This document shows, in pieces, positions 28,453 to 38,328 of a DNA stretch of 64,000 bases (within the stretch, counting starts at the first letter, position 1; every line of letters starts with the position of its first letter). Location of the stretch: contig JBGAON010000003.1 in assembly GCA_044221725.1 (NCBI GenBank), forward strand, positions 64,001-128,000, read 5' to 3'. A model generated the notes under the pieces. The model saw only the letters and a list, made by a program, of their open reading frames with translations, was not told the origin of the DNA and made no database searches. Position numbers and translations under genes: made by a program. The DNA is from Elusimicrobiota bacterium (GTDB taxonomy: Bacteria > Elusimicrobiota > Elusimicrobia > F11).

Positions 28453-28493
28453 AACCCGTGTCAGCTTATGTGTTGACACGGGTTTTGTTTTTT
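28453..28493 (+). terminator. Intrinsic terminator between the two aptamers
   Basis: Perfect 11-bp stem aacccgtgtca/tgacacgggtt plus a T-rich tail. Confidence 0.82.
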
Positions 28494-28509
28494 CCGGCAA
28501 CAAAAAACA

Positions 28510-28572
28510 TGGCGGGAATTTAGATTCCAAATTGCCCCAGCCAGCGAAAGCGAATAGGGAGCTAAATAGGAG
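28510..28572 (+). ncRNA. SAM-II/SAM-V-like riboswitch aptamer 2 (translational)
   Basis: P1 tggc/gcca, AUUU, UUGC...GCUAAA; P2a ttcc pairs with the RBS ggag, 6 nt before ATG 28579. Confidence 0.72.
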
Positions 28573-28578
28573 ACGTAT

Positions 28579-29961
28579 ATGAAGAAGGGCGTTCTATTGG
28601 TCCTGCTTGGGGCCGCCGCGATTCCGCGCGGTGCTGTTTTCGCGGAAGATGCCCCAGCCTCCGCCACCGTTCAAACCATTGAGCAGCGTTTATCGATTCT
28701 CGAACGCAAATACGAAATCGATAAAGAAGACGCCGCCAACAAAGCGAAAGACGCTTCGTTCGTTACAAGCGGAAATGATGGTTTCCAAATTAAATCTACC
28801 GACGGCAACTCGTATCTGCGAATTTCGGGGTTGTTCCAAGCCGATTACCGAGACTATCTCGCGGACCATGGTTCCACGCAGCTCAATGATCAGTTTTTTC
28901 TTCGTCGCGTGCGCCCGACGTTCGAAGGTATCGTGAACAAATATATTGGGTTTCGAATCACGCCGGACTTTGCGAATGGTGGAGGAACCACCTCCGGTCC
29001 GACGTCAACCTTGTTGCCCGACGCTTACGTGGATTTGTTGTACGTGAACGGCGCGAAGGCGCGTGTGGGAAAGTTCAAACCGCCGGTGGGATTGGAAAAT
29101 CTGCAGTCGGATCCGGTCATGCCGTTTGTCGAGCGTTCGCTGGTTACGAATCTCGTGCCGATTCGCGATACCGGCGTTCAGTTGAGCGGTGATTTCGTGG
29201 GCGGTGCGATTAGTTATCAGGCGGCGGTTGTAAACGGCGTAGCGGATGCCGCGTACAGTGAGAGTGACACGAACGATGCAAAAGATTATGAAGGGCGCCT
29301 CTTCTTGCAGCCGTTCAAGCAATCGGCCTCCGAGTGGATCAATGGCTTAGGGTTTGGTGTCGCCGGGAGTGTGGGAGATCAATTTGGGAATGCGACCACG
29401 TCCGGATTAACCGCGGGGTACCGCACGGAAGGTCAACAAAACTTCTTCACGTATCAGACGGGCGCGTTTGCGAGCGGACAAAGAAAACGGTTCTCGCCCC
29501 AGGGGCACTGGTATTTCTCCCATGTGGGACTTTTGGCGGAATACGTAGCGTCGTCCCAAGAGGTAACGCGCGTGACCACATCAACGGCGACCGCATCGAT
29601 TACGAACCACGCGTGGCAAGTAACCGGTTCGTACGTGCTGACCGGAGAACGCCGGTCGTACGGTGGTGTGAAACCGCGGAAGAACTTCGATCCAAAAACG
29701 CACGGATGGGGTGCCTTTGAAGTCGTCGGTCGCTACGCGGTTTTTAAAGTTGACGATGAAGCGTTCACGAAAGGGTTCGCGTCCGTAGCGACGTCTGCCA
29801 AGAAAGCAAAATCTTGGGGAGCCGGCCTCAACTGGTATGTGAATAACAACCTGCGGCTGGCGTCGAATTACGTGGTCACTTCGTTCGATGGCGGGGCCGC
29901 GAGCGGAAACGATCGTCCCGCAGAAAAAGTCGTGTTAAGTCGTGTTCAAGTGACATTCTAA
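28579..29961 (+). CDS. OprO/OprP-family anion-selective porin (probably sulfate)
   Basis: Signal peptide; FFLRRVRP, GKFKPPVGLE, ERS and GLNWY; terminal Phe; first gene of the sulfate operon. Confidence 0.88.
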   Translation: MKKGVLLVLLGAAAIPRGAVFAEDAPASATVQTIEQRLSILERKYEIDKEDAANKAKDASFVTSGNDGFQIKSTDGNSYLRISGLFQADYRDYLADHGSTQLNDQFFLRRVRPTFEGIVNKYIGFRITPDFANGGGTTSGPTSTLLPDAYVDLLYVNGAKARVGKFKPPVGLENLQSDPVMPFVERSLVTNLVPIRDTGVQLSGDFVGGAISYQAAVVNGVADAAYSESDTNDAKDYEGRLFLQPFKQSASEWINGLGFGVAGSVGDQFGNATTSGLTAGYRTEGQQNFFTYQTGAFASGQRKRFSPQGHWYFSHVGLLAEYVASSQEVTRVTTSTATASITNHAWQVTGSYVLTGERRSYGGVKPRKNFDPKTHGWGAFEVVGRYAVFKVDDEAFTKGFASVATSAKKAKSWGAGLNWYVNNNLRLASNYVVTSFDGGAASGNDRPAEKVVLSRVQVTF

Positions 29962-29988
29962 ATCTCGCTTCGAGAAAGGGAAAATATC

Positions 29989-30993
29989 ATGAAGATCAGA
30001 AAAATTTTTTTAGTAACGGTTGCCTCGCTGTTCGTGTCGGTTTCGGTATTCCCAAAAGACGTGACGTTGTTAAATGTGTCGTACGATCCGACGCGGGAGC
30101 TGTATCAAGATTTTAATAAGGCGTTCGCGGATTATTGGAAAACAAAAACCAGTGACAATGTCACTGTTAATCAGTCGCACGGTGGGTCGGGCAAGCAAGC
30201 GCGCGCCGTGATCGATGGGCTCGATGCCGACGTGGTGACGCTTGCGCTCGCGTACGACATCGATGCGATCGCCGAGAAAGGGCAGTTGCTTGCGAAAGAT
30301 TGGCAGACGCGTCTTCCGGCCAACAGTTCTCCGTACACGTCAACGATCGTGTTTCTTGTTCGCAAAGGAAATCCAAAACGGATTAAAGATTGGGATGATT
30401 TGGTGAAACCCGGTGTGGACGTGATCACGCCAAATCCCAAGACTTCCGGTGGCGCGCGTTGGAATTATTTGGCGGCGTGGGGGTACGCGCTAAAAAAATG
30501 GAACAACGACGAAGCGAAAGCCAAAGAGTTCGTAACGAATCTTTATAAGAACGTGCCCGTTCTCGACTCGGGCGCTCGCGGTGCGACCGTGACATTTATC
30601 GAGCGCGGAATTGGCGACGTGGCAATTTCTTGGGAAAACGAAGCGTTTCTTGCGACGAACCAGTTTGGAAAAGGCGATTTCCAGATTGTGGTGCCGTCCG
30701 TTTCAATTCTAGCGGAGCCGCCCGTTGCTGTTGTTGAAAAAGTCACCGCACGTCGCGGGACAACCGCTGTTGCGCAGGCGTATGTTCAATATCTTTACAC
30801 CGATGAAGGGCAAGAGATCGCGGCGAAGAATTATTATCGCCCGCGTAACGAAAAGGTGGCGGCGAAGTACGCGGCGACGTTTCCAAAATTAACCTTGTTT
30901 GATATCTCGTTGTTCGGCGGTTGGAAAAAAGCGCAGAAGACGCATTTCGCCGATGGAGGCGTGTTTGACCAGATTTATCAACCCGGAAAATAA
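29989..30993 (+). CDS. sbp: Sulfate ABC transporter periplasmic binding protein
   Basis: [22 protein letters not shown] and [11 protein letters not shown]. Confidence 0.96.
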   Translation: MKIRKIFLVTVASLFVSVSVFPKDVTLLNVSYDPTRELYQDFNKAFADYWKTKTSDNVTVNQSHGGSGKQARAVIDGLDADVVTLALAYDIDAIAEKGQLLAKDWQTRLPANSSPYTSTIVFLVRKGNPKRIKDWDDLVKPGVDVITPNPKTSGGARWNYLAAWGYALKKWNNDEAKAKEFVTNLYKNVPVLDSGARGATVTFIERGIGDVAISWENEAFLATNQFGKGDFQIVVPSVSILAEPPVAVVEKVTARRGTTAVAQAYVQYLYTDEGQEIAAKNYYRPRNEKVAAKYAATFPKLTLFDISLFGGWKKAQKTHFADGGVFDQIYQPGK

Positions 30994-31826
30994 TGTTTTC
31001 GCGTAAAGACCGCGGCGTTTTGCCAGGTTTTGGTGTGACGATGGGCACCACGCTGACTCTGTTGAGTCTGGTTGTGCTCCTTCCGCTTTCCACGTTGTTC
31101 GTAAAAGCGGCAACGTTGAGCCGCACCGAAATCATCGCGCTCGTGACATCGCCGCGCGTGGTTGCGTCGCTGCGTTTGACTTTCGGAATTTCACTGATGG
31201 GAGCGTGTATCAATGCTCTGTTCGGTGTTGTTGTCGCATGGGTGCTCGTGCGTTATTCGTTTCCCGGACGAAAAATTGTGGACGGCATCGTCGATCTGCC
31301 ATTCGCATTGCCCACCGCGGTGGCCGGTATCACGCTAACAACGCTTTATTCGCCGCACGGTTGGATCGGAAAACCATTGGCGGATCTCGGCATAAAAGTC
31401 GCTTACACGCCACTCGGAATCCTCGTCGCGATGACATTCATTGGGCTTCCGTTTGTGGTGCGCACGGTTCAACCCGTCCTCGAAGACTTGGATCGGGATA
31501 TGGAAGAAGCGGCGGCCACGCTTGGTGCGTCGCGTTGGCACACGATTCACGCGGTCATATTGCCGACGCTTTATCCGTCGATCCTCACGGGATTTACGCT
31601 CGCGTTTGCGCGGGCGCTGGGCGAATACGGATCCGTGGTTTTTATTTCGGGCAATATGCCGCTCAAAACGGAGGTTACACCGCTCCTCATCATGACGAAA
31701 CTGGAGCAGTTTGATTACGTGGGAGCTTCTACGATTGCCGTGCTTATGCTTTTGATTTCTTTTTCACTTATTCTTGTGATCAACGTTCTGCAGTGGTGGA
31801 CGCGAAAACGTCAGGGGATGGCCTAA
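30993..31826 (+). CDS. cysT: Sulfate ABC permease CysT
   Basis: VLPGFG, DLPFALPTAVAG and EEAAATLGA. Confidence 0.95.
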   Translation: MFSRKDRGVLPGFGVTMGTTLTLLSLVVLLPLSTLFVKAATLSRTEIIALVTSPRVVASLRLTFGISLMGACINALFGVVVAWVLVRYSFPGRKIVDGIVDLPFALPTAVAGITLTTLYSPHGWIGKPLADLGIKVAYTPLGILVAMTFIGLPFVVRTVQPVLEDLDRDMEEAAATLGASRWHTIHAVILPTLYPSILTGFTLAFARALGEYGSVVFISGNMPLKTEVTPLLIMTKLEQFDYVGASTIAVLMLLISFSLILVINVLQWWTRKRQGMA

Positions 31827-31827
31827 C

Positions 31828-32688
31828 GTGGCGGGCGCGGTTTCACGTCTACAAACAAAATCTTTCGCCGGCGCGTCCAAAGGGATGTCGGAGCCGGCGT
31901 GGGTCAGACGAACGCTGGTCGGGTTGGCGCTCGGGTTTCTCGCGTTTTTCCTATTTATTCCTCTCGCAGCGGTTTTTTACGAAGCGTTGCAGAAGGGGAT
32001 TGGTCTTTATTTCGAAGCGATCAAAGAGCCGGTAGCGCTCGCAGCGATTCGCTTGACGCTGCTCGTGTCATTGATCGTGTTGCCGCTCAATATTATTTTC
32101 GGAGTAGCGTCGGCATGGGCGGTCTCGCGATTTCAATTTCGAGGCAAGGCGCTTCTCATCACCCTCATTGATTTGCCGTTCTCGGTTTCGCCGGTCATCT
32201 CAGGAATGATTTTCGTTCTGTTGTTCGGTTCGCGCGGATGGTTCGGGCCGTGGCTGCTTAATTACGGTGTAAAGATTATTTTCGCGGTGCCCGGTATTGT
32301 TCTTGCGACGTGGTTTGTCACGTTTCCGTTTGTGGCGCGCGAACTCATCCCTTTGATGCAGGCACAGGGACAAGATGAGGAATTGGCCGCGTTTGTGCTC
32401 GGTGCGAACGGATGGCAGATTTTTCGACGCGTGACGCTACCGAACATTAAGTGGGGACTTCTGTACGGTATTATTCTCTGCAACGCGCGGGCGATGGGAG
32501 AATTTGGGGCCGTGTCGGTGGTGTCCGGTCACATTCGCGGTCTCACGAACACAATTCCGCTGCACGTGGAAATTCTCTACAACGAATACAATTTCGTCGC
32601 TTCGTTCGCTGTTGCGTCGTTGCTCGCGCTTTTATCGGTGGTGACGCTTGTGGTAAAAGCGATTATCGAACACCGATCAAACACATGA
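31828..32688 (+). CDS. cysW: Sulfate ABC permease CysW
   Basis: [12 protein letters not shown] and [19 protein letters not shown]. Confidence 0.95.
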   Translation: MAGAVSRLQTKSFAGASKGMSEPAWVRRTLVGLALGFLAFFLFIPLAAVFYEALQKGIGLYFEAIKEPVALAAIRLTLLVSLIVLPLNIIFGVASAWAVSRFQFRGKALLITLIDLPFSVSPVISGMIFVLLFGSRGWFGPWLLNYGVKIIFAVPGIVLATWFVTFPFVARELIPLMQAQGQDEELAAFVLGANGWQIFRRVTLPNIKWGLLYGIILCNARAMGEFGAVSVVSGHIRGLTNTIPLHVEILYNEYNFVASFAVASLLALLSVVTLVVKAIIEHRSNT

Positions 32689-33722
32689 GTATCTCCGTAA
32701 AAAATCTAAACAAACGCTTTGGAAAATTGGCGGCCGTGGACGATGTCAGTTTTGACGTCGGCAGCGGATCGTTGGTCGCTTTGCTGGGGCCGAGCGGTTC
32801 CGGTAAAAGCACGCTGTTGCGAATGATTGCGGGCCTTGAGATTCCGGATTCCGGCGAGGTGCGCGTGATCGGCGAAGAAACAACCGCTCGCAGCGCGCGC
32901 GACCGAAATATTGGTTTTGTTTTTCAGCACTACGCTCTTTTCAAACACATGACCGTTTCCGAAAACATAGCGTTCGGATTGAAAGTGCGAAAAGTGCCGG
33001 CCGCGGAACAGAAAGCGCGCGTCGATGAATTAATTGGGCTTGTTTCGCTCGATGGTCTCGGTGGACGTTATCCGAATCAATTATCGGGCGGGCAACGTCA
33101 ACGTGTGGCGCTGGCGCGGGCGCTTGCGCCGAATCCAAAAGTCTTGTTGCTCGACGAGCCGTTTGGTGCGCTCGATGCGAAGGTGCGCGAAGAATTGCGC
33201 AGCTGGATCGTGCGTCTTCACGAACAAACGCACGTAACCACCATTTTCGTTACGCACGATCAGCACGAAGCGCTTGAGATTGCGAGCAAAGTGCTCGTGA
33301 TGAACCGCGGACGCGTCGAACAGAGCGGTACGCCGCTCGAGATATTTGACCAGCCGGCCACGCAATTTGTGGCGGAGTTTGTCGGCGAATCAAATTTTAT
33401 CGAGTCCACGGTGACCGAGCCGGAACTCGTGACATGGGGGCCGTTCCGTTTTACGGTGGTTGGTTACAAACTTGGCCAGCGCGTTCGAATATATTTTCGA
33501 CCGCACGACGTGTATGTGAGCTCGGTTCCAGAAACGTTGCAAGTAAAAGGCCGAATTGTGAAGATGCGTTTTCGCGGCCCGCAGATTGAGGTGTTGCTCG
33601 ACATTGGCGGCGAGAAACACATCATCGCCCACGTGCCGAAAGGTATCGTTCTTGCGAGCGGATTCGAAGTGGGGAAAGAAGTTCATATCGGTATTACCGC
33701 GTTTCAAGTTTTTGCTGTTTAG
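32685..33722 (+). CDS. cysA: Sulfate ABC ATP-binding protein CysA
   Basis: [24 protein letters not shown] and [16 protein letters not shown] overlap with cysW. Confidence 0.95.
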   Translation: MSISVKNLNKRFGKLAAVDDVSFDVGSGSLVALLGPSGSGKSTLLRMIAGLEIPDSGEVRVIGEETTARSARDRNIGFVFQHYALFKHMTVSENIAFGLKVRKVPAAEQKARVDELIGLVSLDGLGGRYPNQLSGGQRQRVALARALAPNPKVLLLDEPFGALDAKVREELRSWIVRLHEQTHVTTIFVTHDQHEALEIASKVLVMNRGRVEQSGTPLEIFDQPATQFVAEFVGESNFIESTVTEPELVTWGPFRFTVVGYKLGQRVRIYFRPHDVYVSSVPETLQVKGRIVKMRFRGPQIEVLLDIGGEKHIIAHVPKGIVLASGFEVGKEVHIGITAFQVFAV

Positions 33723-33725
33723 AGA

Positions 33726-34577
33726 ATGAATCTTGTCCTGAGTCTCGTTTTCTGGGGCTCCGCCTTCCCCGGCATTCGCGCCGCGCTGCAAGGATACACA
33801 CCGGTAAAAATGGCCGTGTTTCGCTTCTTGATCGCGTCGGCCACGCTCGCCATCATCGCCATCTTTAAAGGCGTGCGCGTTCCCGCACGTCGGTTTCTTT
33901 GGCTCATTGCCATGGCCGCATTTTTTTCCATCCCCGGTTACCATGTGTGCCTGAATTTTGGAGAGAGCCACGTGACCGCAAGTTCGGCCAGCCTCATTCT
34001 TAGCACGATGCCGATTCTCACTATTTTTTGGTCGCGGCTTTTTCTTGGCGAGTCGTTTCACCCGGTCGCTTGGATTGGCGTGTTGCTCAGTTTCGTGGGG
34101 GCGGCGGTGATCGCGCTCGGTGAAGGCGGTGGCTTTCATTTTAATCCGTACGTCGGCTTTGTGTTTCTTTCCTCGGTCTGCGGAAGCGTCTACTCAACAA
34201 TGCAAAAGAAATTGCTCGAGAGCGTGCCGCTGTTCGATTTTAATTGCTTCGTAATTTGGTTGGGCACGCTATTTCTTTTGCCTTTCTCATCCGGATTGCT
34301 TAACCAAATAAGCGCTGCTTCGCCCGCGGCGACCGGCGCTGTGATTTACCTTGGAATATTCCCGGCCGCACTCACTTTTCTTCTGTGGGCGTCGGTGGTC
34401 AAAAGTATGCCGGTGTCACGCGCCGTAACGTTCTTGTATCTGATTCCGGTCGTGGCCACGGGGATCGGATGGTTTTGGATAAACGAGTTGCCGTCGTTGC
34501 TTTCGTTAGTCGGTGGAGCGCTCATTCTGTTGGGACTTGCGATCAGCCAGTTCATCATCAAGAAAGCCGTTTCCTAG
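33726..34577 (+). CDS. EamA/DMT family transporter
   Basis: Ten-TM duplicated EamA pattern, WGSAF. Confidence 0.88.
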   Translation: MNLVLSLVFWGSAFPGIRAALQGYTPVKMAVFRFLIASATLAIIAIFKGVRVPARRFLWLIAMAAFFSIPGYHVCLNFGESHVTASSASLILSTMPILTIFWSRLFLGESFHPVAWIGVLLSFVGAAVIALGEGGGFHFNPYVGFVFLSSVCGSVYSTMQKKLLESVPLFDFNCFVIWLGTLFLLPFSSGLLNQISAASPAATGAVIYLGIFPAALTFLLWASVVKSMPVSRAVTFLYLIPVVATGIGWFWINELPSLLSLVGGALILLGLAISQFIIKKAVS

Positions 34578-34578
34578 C

Positions 34579-34602
34579 GAATCTTTCGATTCGCGAGTCG
34601 TA
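34579..34602 (+). promoter_or_regulatory. Putative ECF promoter GAAT-N16-CGTA
   Basis: Fills the intergenic gap ahead of the small lipoprotein. Confidence 0.5.
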
Positions 34603-34629
34603 GTTGAATCAAACAAGGAGGAAACCTTT

Positions 34630-34800
34630 ATGAATCAACTTAAAACAGTTGCTTTGGTTCTGCTCGCGACCGCGGGAATGTTTGCATGCCAACCAAAGAC
34701 CACCGGGGAAAAAATCAAAGACAAAGCAGAAGACGCCCAACACGAAACCGGCCAAGCCATTGAACGCGCCGGCGATCGCGTCAAAGACGCTGGCAATTAA
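34630..34800 (+). CDS. Small stress-type lipoprotein
   Basis: RBS aaggagg; lipobox MFAC; KTTGEKIKDKAEDA amphipathic helix. Confidence 0.75.
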   Translation: MNQLKTVALVLLATAGMFACQPKTTGEKIKDKAEDAQHETGQAIERAGDRVKDAGN

Positions 34801-34804
34801 TACG

Positions 34805-37800
34805 CTAAAGCTGTTTGTGAAACGGGTCGGCACCGATGGTGCCGACCAATTTCTTTAAATAGTCCGCCTTTTCGGTTTCGGAGAGTTTGGATTTCGCGAT
34901 AGCCAAGCGATCGGCGAGGCTGAGTTGATTGACCGTTTCACTGTTGCCCGGTCGCGCACTAAATTCCTCGATGTAGGCGATGTGCTTTTTCCAAAGTTGA
35001 ATGTCGCGCTGTTGTTTGGTTTTTAGCCGTTCTTTGTACCAATCGCTCTTAAGCACCGCGTCGCGGCTGAACATTTTGCGGATCTCCGGATGATTGATGT
35101 CTTTGCCCTCGAATTTCCCTTTGGCCATGATGTGCAACAGCGCCCGCAGCGGCGGGCAGGCCGCATCAACGCTGCCGTCCTTAAAATAATTTTCGGCGAC
35201 CGATTTTTGCGTCGATACAATTTCGTGAACGCCGTCGGCGTACATGTCGATGTTTTGCTTTTCCGGTTTCAGCATTTCATCAGAGAAGACGGTATTCGGG
35301 CTTTCAAATAATCTGCCCAAGAAAATATCGACGAATCGAGACGTAATGCGGTACCCGAGGCGGCTCGCCTCTACCTTTTGGCCTTTGTGCTCAAAGTCTT
35401 CAATCTTCTCAAGAAATAAATTCTTGATAAGGAACTGCGGATCGCGTTCGGACACTTTCATGCGGGACCAAATTTCCGGAATCAGCATGCTGATATCATG
35501 ATCCACGCGGATGTTGGGACCGATATGACCCGCAGCGGTCGTAAATCCGGCGTATCCGGTAAAAATATAAGAGATAAGAGCGTTGTTCAGGTCCACCACT
35601 GGCCAAAGCGCGTTGAACGGACCCTTGGTTAGCGCTCCTTCGGATCCAAATCCGGTCGTCGACGGCGATTTACCGGTGAGACTCGAAATGAAGTCCATGA
35701 ACAATTCTGGAAGTTCCTGAAAATGGATGGGGTTGTACACGGCGAGCGGAGGAATTCCGAGCTTCAGATCGGGCGGATTGTTGCGGCGACCGGCGAGCAC
35801 CGAGTTCACAGGAAAATACACGGGCTTGTCCGCGGCGATTCCGCGCGACAAGCGCACACCGATTTCAGCCAGATAGGCGTCACGCGCGTTTACGCGGTCC
35901 GGGCGTTTCTGCAAGTAACGCGGATTTTTCGACGGCTTTCCGTCCACCAACCGAGCGTGCGCGGACGACACGACGTAGGCCGGTTTGTCGTCCTGAAGGA
36001 AACCGAGTAAGAGCTTTTTCATCGGTTCGCTGTAATCGTCGAAGTCCACAATGTTTTCAACAAGATCAATTACGTCCGGTCGGGTGAGCGGCTGCCAGTT
36101 CGATAAAAACGTGTTCGGATCGGACAAATCCGCTTCCGCTTGTTTGTCGTAGCCGCGGAACCTGGCGTCATCCGGGCGCTGAAACAAATAGGATTCGCAA
36201 TTCGTGACCAGTTTTACGCTCGGGTAATTTTCCTCCGGATAAAGATCGCTGAGCGCTTCTCGCGGCACGACGATGGACGCCGTGATATCGTCTTCGACTT
36301 GCACCTTTTCGGCGGGATTGAAATCGGGGCGGACTTTGTAGATACGCCAAGAGCCGTCCTTGTCGTGGCCCACCCGCAAATAGTTGGCCACGAGTTTTTG
36401 ATTTTCGTACTTGAGCTCGTGCCCAAGGAAACCATTAATACGGTCGACGCTAAAGTGTTCGCGCCAGTCGTTGGCCCATTCCACCTTGTAGTATCGCTTC
36501 ACGACAAAGATCAGTTGGCGAATGGTCTGTGGAATGGAGGCAAGCCACGTGTTGTACTCGTCTGTAAAATCCACCGATGGGGTAAAAAGTTTCACGACGG
36601 ATCCGAGCGAACGCTCCGGGCTCAGGATCGGGCGGTGACGGTAATTTTCCGGTGGATTTTTAAAACGGTGCGTGAAATCTTTTTTCAAAATCTCAGCGAC
36701 TTCGTCAAAGTCTTTCTGAAAATCGCGGACGAAAACAGGTCCCTGCAACATCGAATACGAAATGGATTTGGAAATCTCGGATTTACCGCCGCCCGAGACC
36801 GTGCAGGGTTTGTGGCAAAGCGTTCCCTCGGCAACGGTTCCAACGAGTCGCCAATATTGACCGCCAATCTGTCGCGCAATGTGAACCTTGTACCCCGACG
36901 GTAACACGTAGATTTCACCGGCCAACAGCTTACGTTTGCGCGTTTTGCCCGCTTGGTCCCACGTGAGCGTTCGCTGGCGAACATTGAACTTTGTGTTCTC
37001 AGGAACATAGACAATGCTCGGATATTTTCTGTCCGTGGCGTAACCGGTGGCTTTCAGATCAACACGGTCCTTCAGTAGTTGCATGGCGCCGTCAAACGAA
37101 CGTTTGTTTTGCGTCCAATTGATATCGGAATGAAATTCGCGTCCCAGAATGTAACTCGGAAACGCAATTGCGCCTCCCGAGTGCTCCTCTTCGGCCAGAC
37201 CAAACAAGTTCGCTGCAAAACTGATCTGCGTTTTCACCTCTTTTTTACAGTAACCGAAATAATTGTCCGCGATGAGTGTCACCATGACACCGCGCGCGTC
37301 CCGGCAAGTGGCCTTGAACGCCTCGCCACCGTTGTAAAGTTCATCTTCGGTTTTCCAGCACATGCCGTCGCGTTTCTGGCGTTCCGTGGCTTTTTCAAAC
37401 GGCGGAAGGCCAAGGTCTTTCTTTTTCAATTTGATGAGATGCGGCGCCAAAATCACGCAGCCGGTGTGCCCGGTCCATCCATCCACATCGAGTGCGGCAT
37501 CATTCTCAGGGAGGAATGGGTCGCCGCCGTTTCCAAAAATAGTTTCGACAAAATCAAGATTTCCAACGAGGTTGCCTGGAACGAAGAAGCGGATTTCCAT
37601 TGTTTTGTTGGTGGTGCCAGGGCCTGCGGCGGGGCAAACGAGCGGACGCATCAGGAGCGACACGAACAATTCGGCCTTTTGCTTCTGGGTGGCCGTGAAC
37701 GGCAGTTGCATGAGTTCGCTCGGAGGTTTAACGGCCGCCGCGAACAAATTCGCAAACACGTATTTGGGAAGCGCCAGTTTATCTTCCGGAATCGGGAATC

Positions 37801-38260
37801 CGCCTTCGGCAATATGGAACACGCCCTGCGTGGTTCGGCGATCGTGCTTGGGATTGTGAAGCACGCCCTGTTTCACACGGTAGGTTTTAACAATGTCGGA
37901 TTCGAAAATATCTTGGTCGGGTGGCAACGACAATGTGCGCGCCAAGCCCGGGCGATCAAGGATAAATGCGGCGGGAAGTCTGAGAGACGATGCGGCTGCC
38001 ACATCCTTTAAATAATCGTTCAGAAAGTCTTGGATACGGCGATCGACGGGGGGGGCGTAGTTGAGCAGCAGCCGATTTTTTTCTTGGTAATTGCGAAGGA
38101 ATGGTTTTGCAAGCTCGACAAAACCCGGATCGTCCTGCGCGCCGAACGTGGGTTGGCCCAACGCCGCAAGTTTTAAATTAATGTAGCGAACGAGACTGTC
38201 GTCGTTTAAATGAGAGGTGCCATTTTGAGAAAGTCCCTCGGCAACCGTTTGGGAATTCAT
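34805..38260 (-). CDS. PPi-dependent phosphoenolpyruvate carboxykinase
   Basis: About 1150 aa; DRRTTQGVFH, NYFGYCKKEVKTQI, HKPCTVSGGGKSEISK and GKSPSTTG match the PPi-PEPCK family as I recall it. Confidence 0.88.
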   Translation of the reverse strand: MNSQTVAEGLSQNGTSHLNDDSLVRYINLKLAALGQPTFGAQDDPGFVELAKPFLRNYQEKNRLLLNYAPPVDRRIQDFLNDYLKDVAAASSLRLPAAFILDRPGLARTLSLPPDQDIFESDIVKTYRVKQGVLHNPKHDRRTTQGVFHIAEGGFPIPEDKLALPKYVFANLFAAAVKPPSELMQLPFTATQKQKAELFVSLLMRPLVCPAAGPGTTNKTMEIRFFVPGNLVGNLDFVETIFGNGGDPFLPENDAALDVDGWTGHTGCVILAPHLIKLKKKDLGLPPFEKATERQKRDGMCWKTEDELYNGGEAFKATCRDARGVMVTLIADNYFGYCKKEVKTQISFAANLFGLAEEEHSGGAIAFPSYILGREFHSDINWTQNKRSFDGAMQLLKDRVDLKATGYATDRKYPSIVYVPENTKFNVRQRTLTWDQAGKTRKRKLLAGEIYVLPSGYKVHIARQIGGQYWRLVGTVAEGTLCHKPCTVSGGGKSEISKSISYSMLQGPVFVRDFQKDFDEVAEILKKDFTHRFKNPPENYRHRPILSPERSLGSVVKLFTPSVDFTDEYNTWLASIPQTIRQLIFVVKRYYKVEWANDWREHFSVDRINGFLGHELKYENQKLVANYLRVGHDKDGSWRIYKVRPDFNPAEKVQVEDDITASIVVPREALSDLYPEENYPSVKLVTNCESYLFQRPDDARFRGYDKQAEADLSDPNTFLSNWQPLTRPDVIDLVENIVDFDDYSEPMKKLLLGFLQDDKPAYVVSSAHARLVDGKPSKNPRYLQKRPDRVNARDAYLAEIGVRLSRGIAADKPVYFPVNSVLAGRRNNPPDLKLGIPPLAVYNPIHFQELPELFMDFISSLTGKSPSTTGFGSEGALTKGPFNALWPVVDLNNALISYIFTGYAGFTTAAGHIGPNIRVDHDISMLIPEIWSRMKVSERDPQFLIKNLFLEKIEDFEHKGQKVEASRLGYRITSRFVDIFLGRLFESPNTVFSDEMLKPEKQNIDMYADGVHEIVSTQKSVAENYFKDGSVDAACPPLRALLHIMAKGKFEGKDINHPEIRKMFSRDAVLKSDWYKERLKTKQQRDIQLWKKHIAYIEEFSARPGNSETVNQLSLADRLAIAKSKLSETEKADYLKKLVGTIGADPFHKQL

Positions 38261-38328
38261 ATCTGCTCCAGAAGTTTTTTGTTCCGCCGGGCGCCGTTGC
38301 TCGTGGAAGGAAGTGAATTGTACTTTTT

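Noticed and set aside
28391..28582. 63-aa ORF upstream of the porin
   Set aside because: It runs across both aptamers and the terminator and has no RBS.
36140..38011. Long plus-strand ORFs (254 and 310 aa) and similar antisense ORFs elsewhere
   Set aside because: They are shadows of well-supported genes on the opposite strand and carry no motifs.
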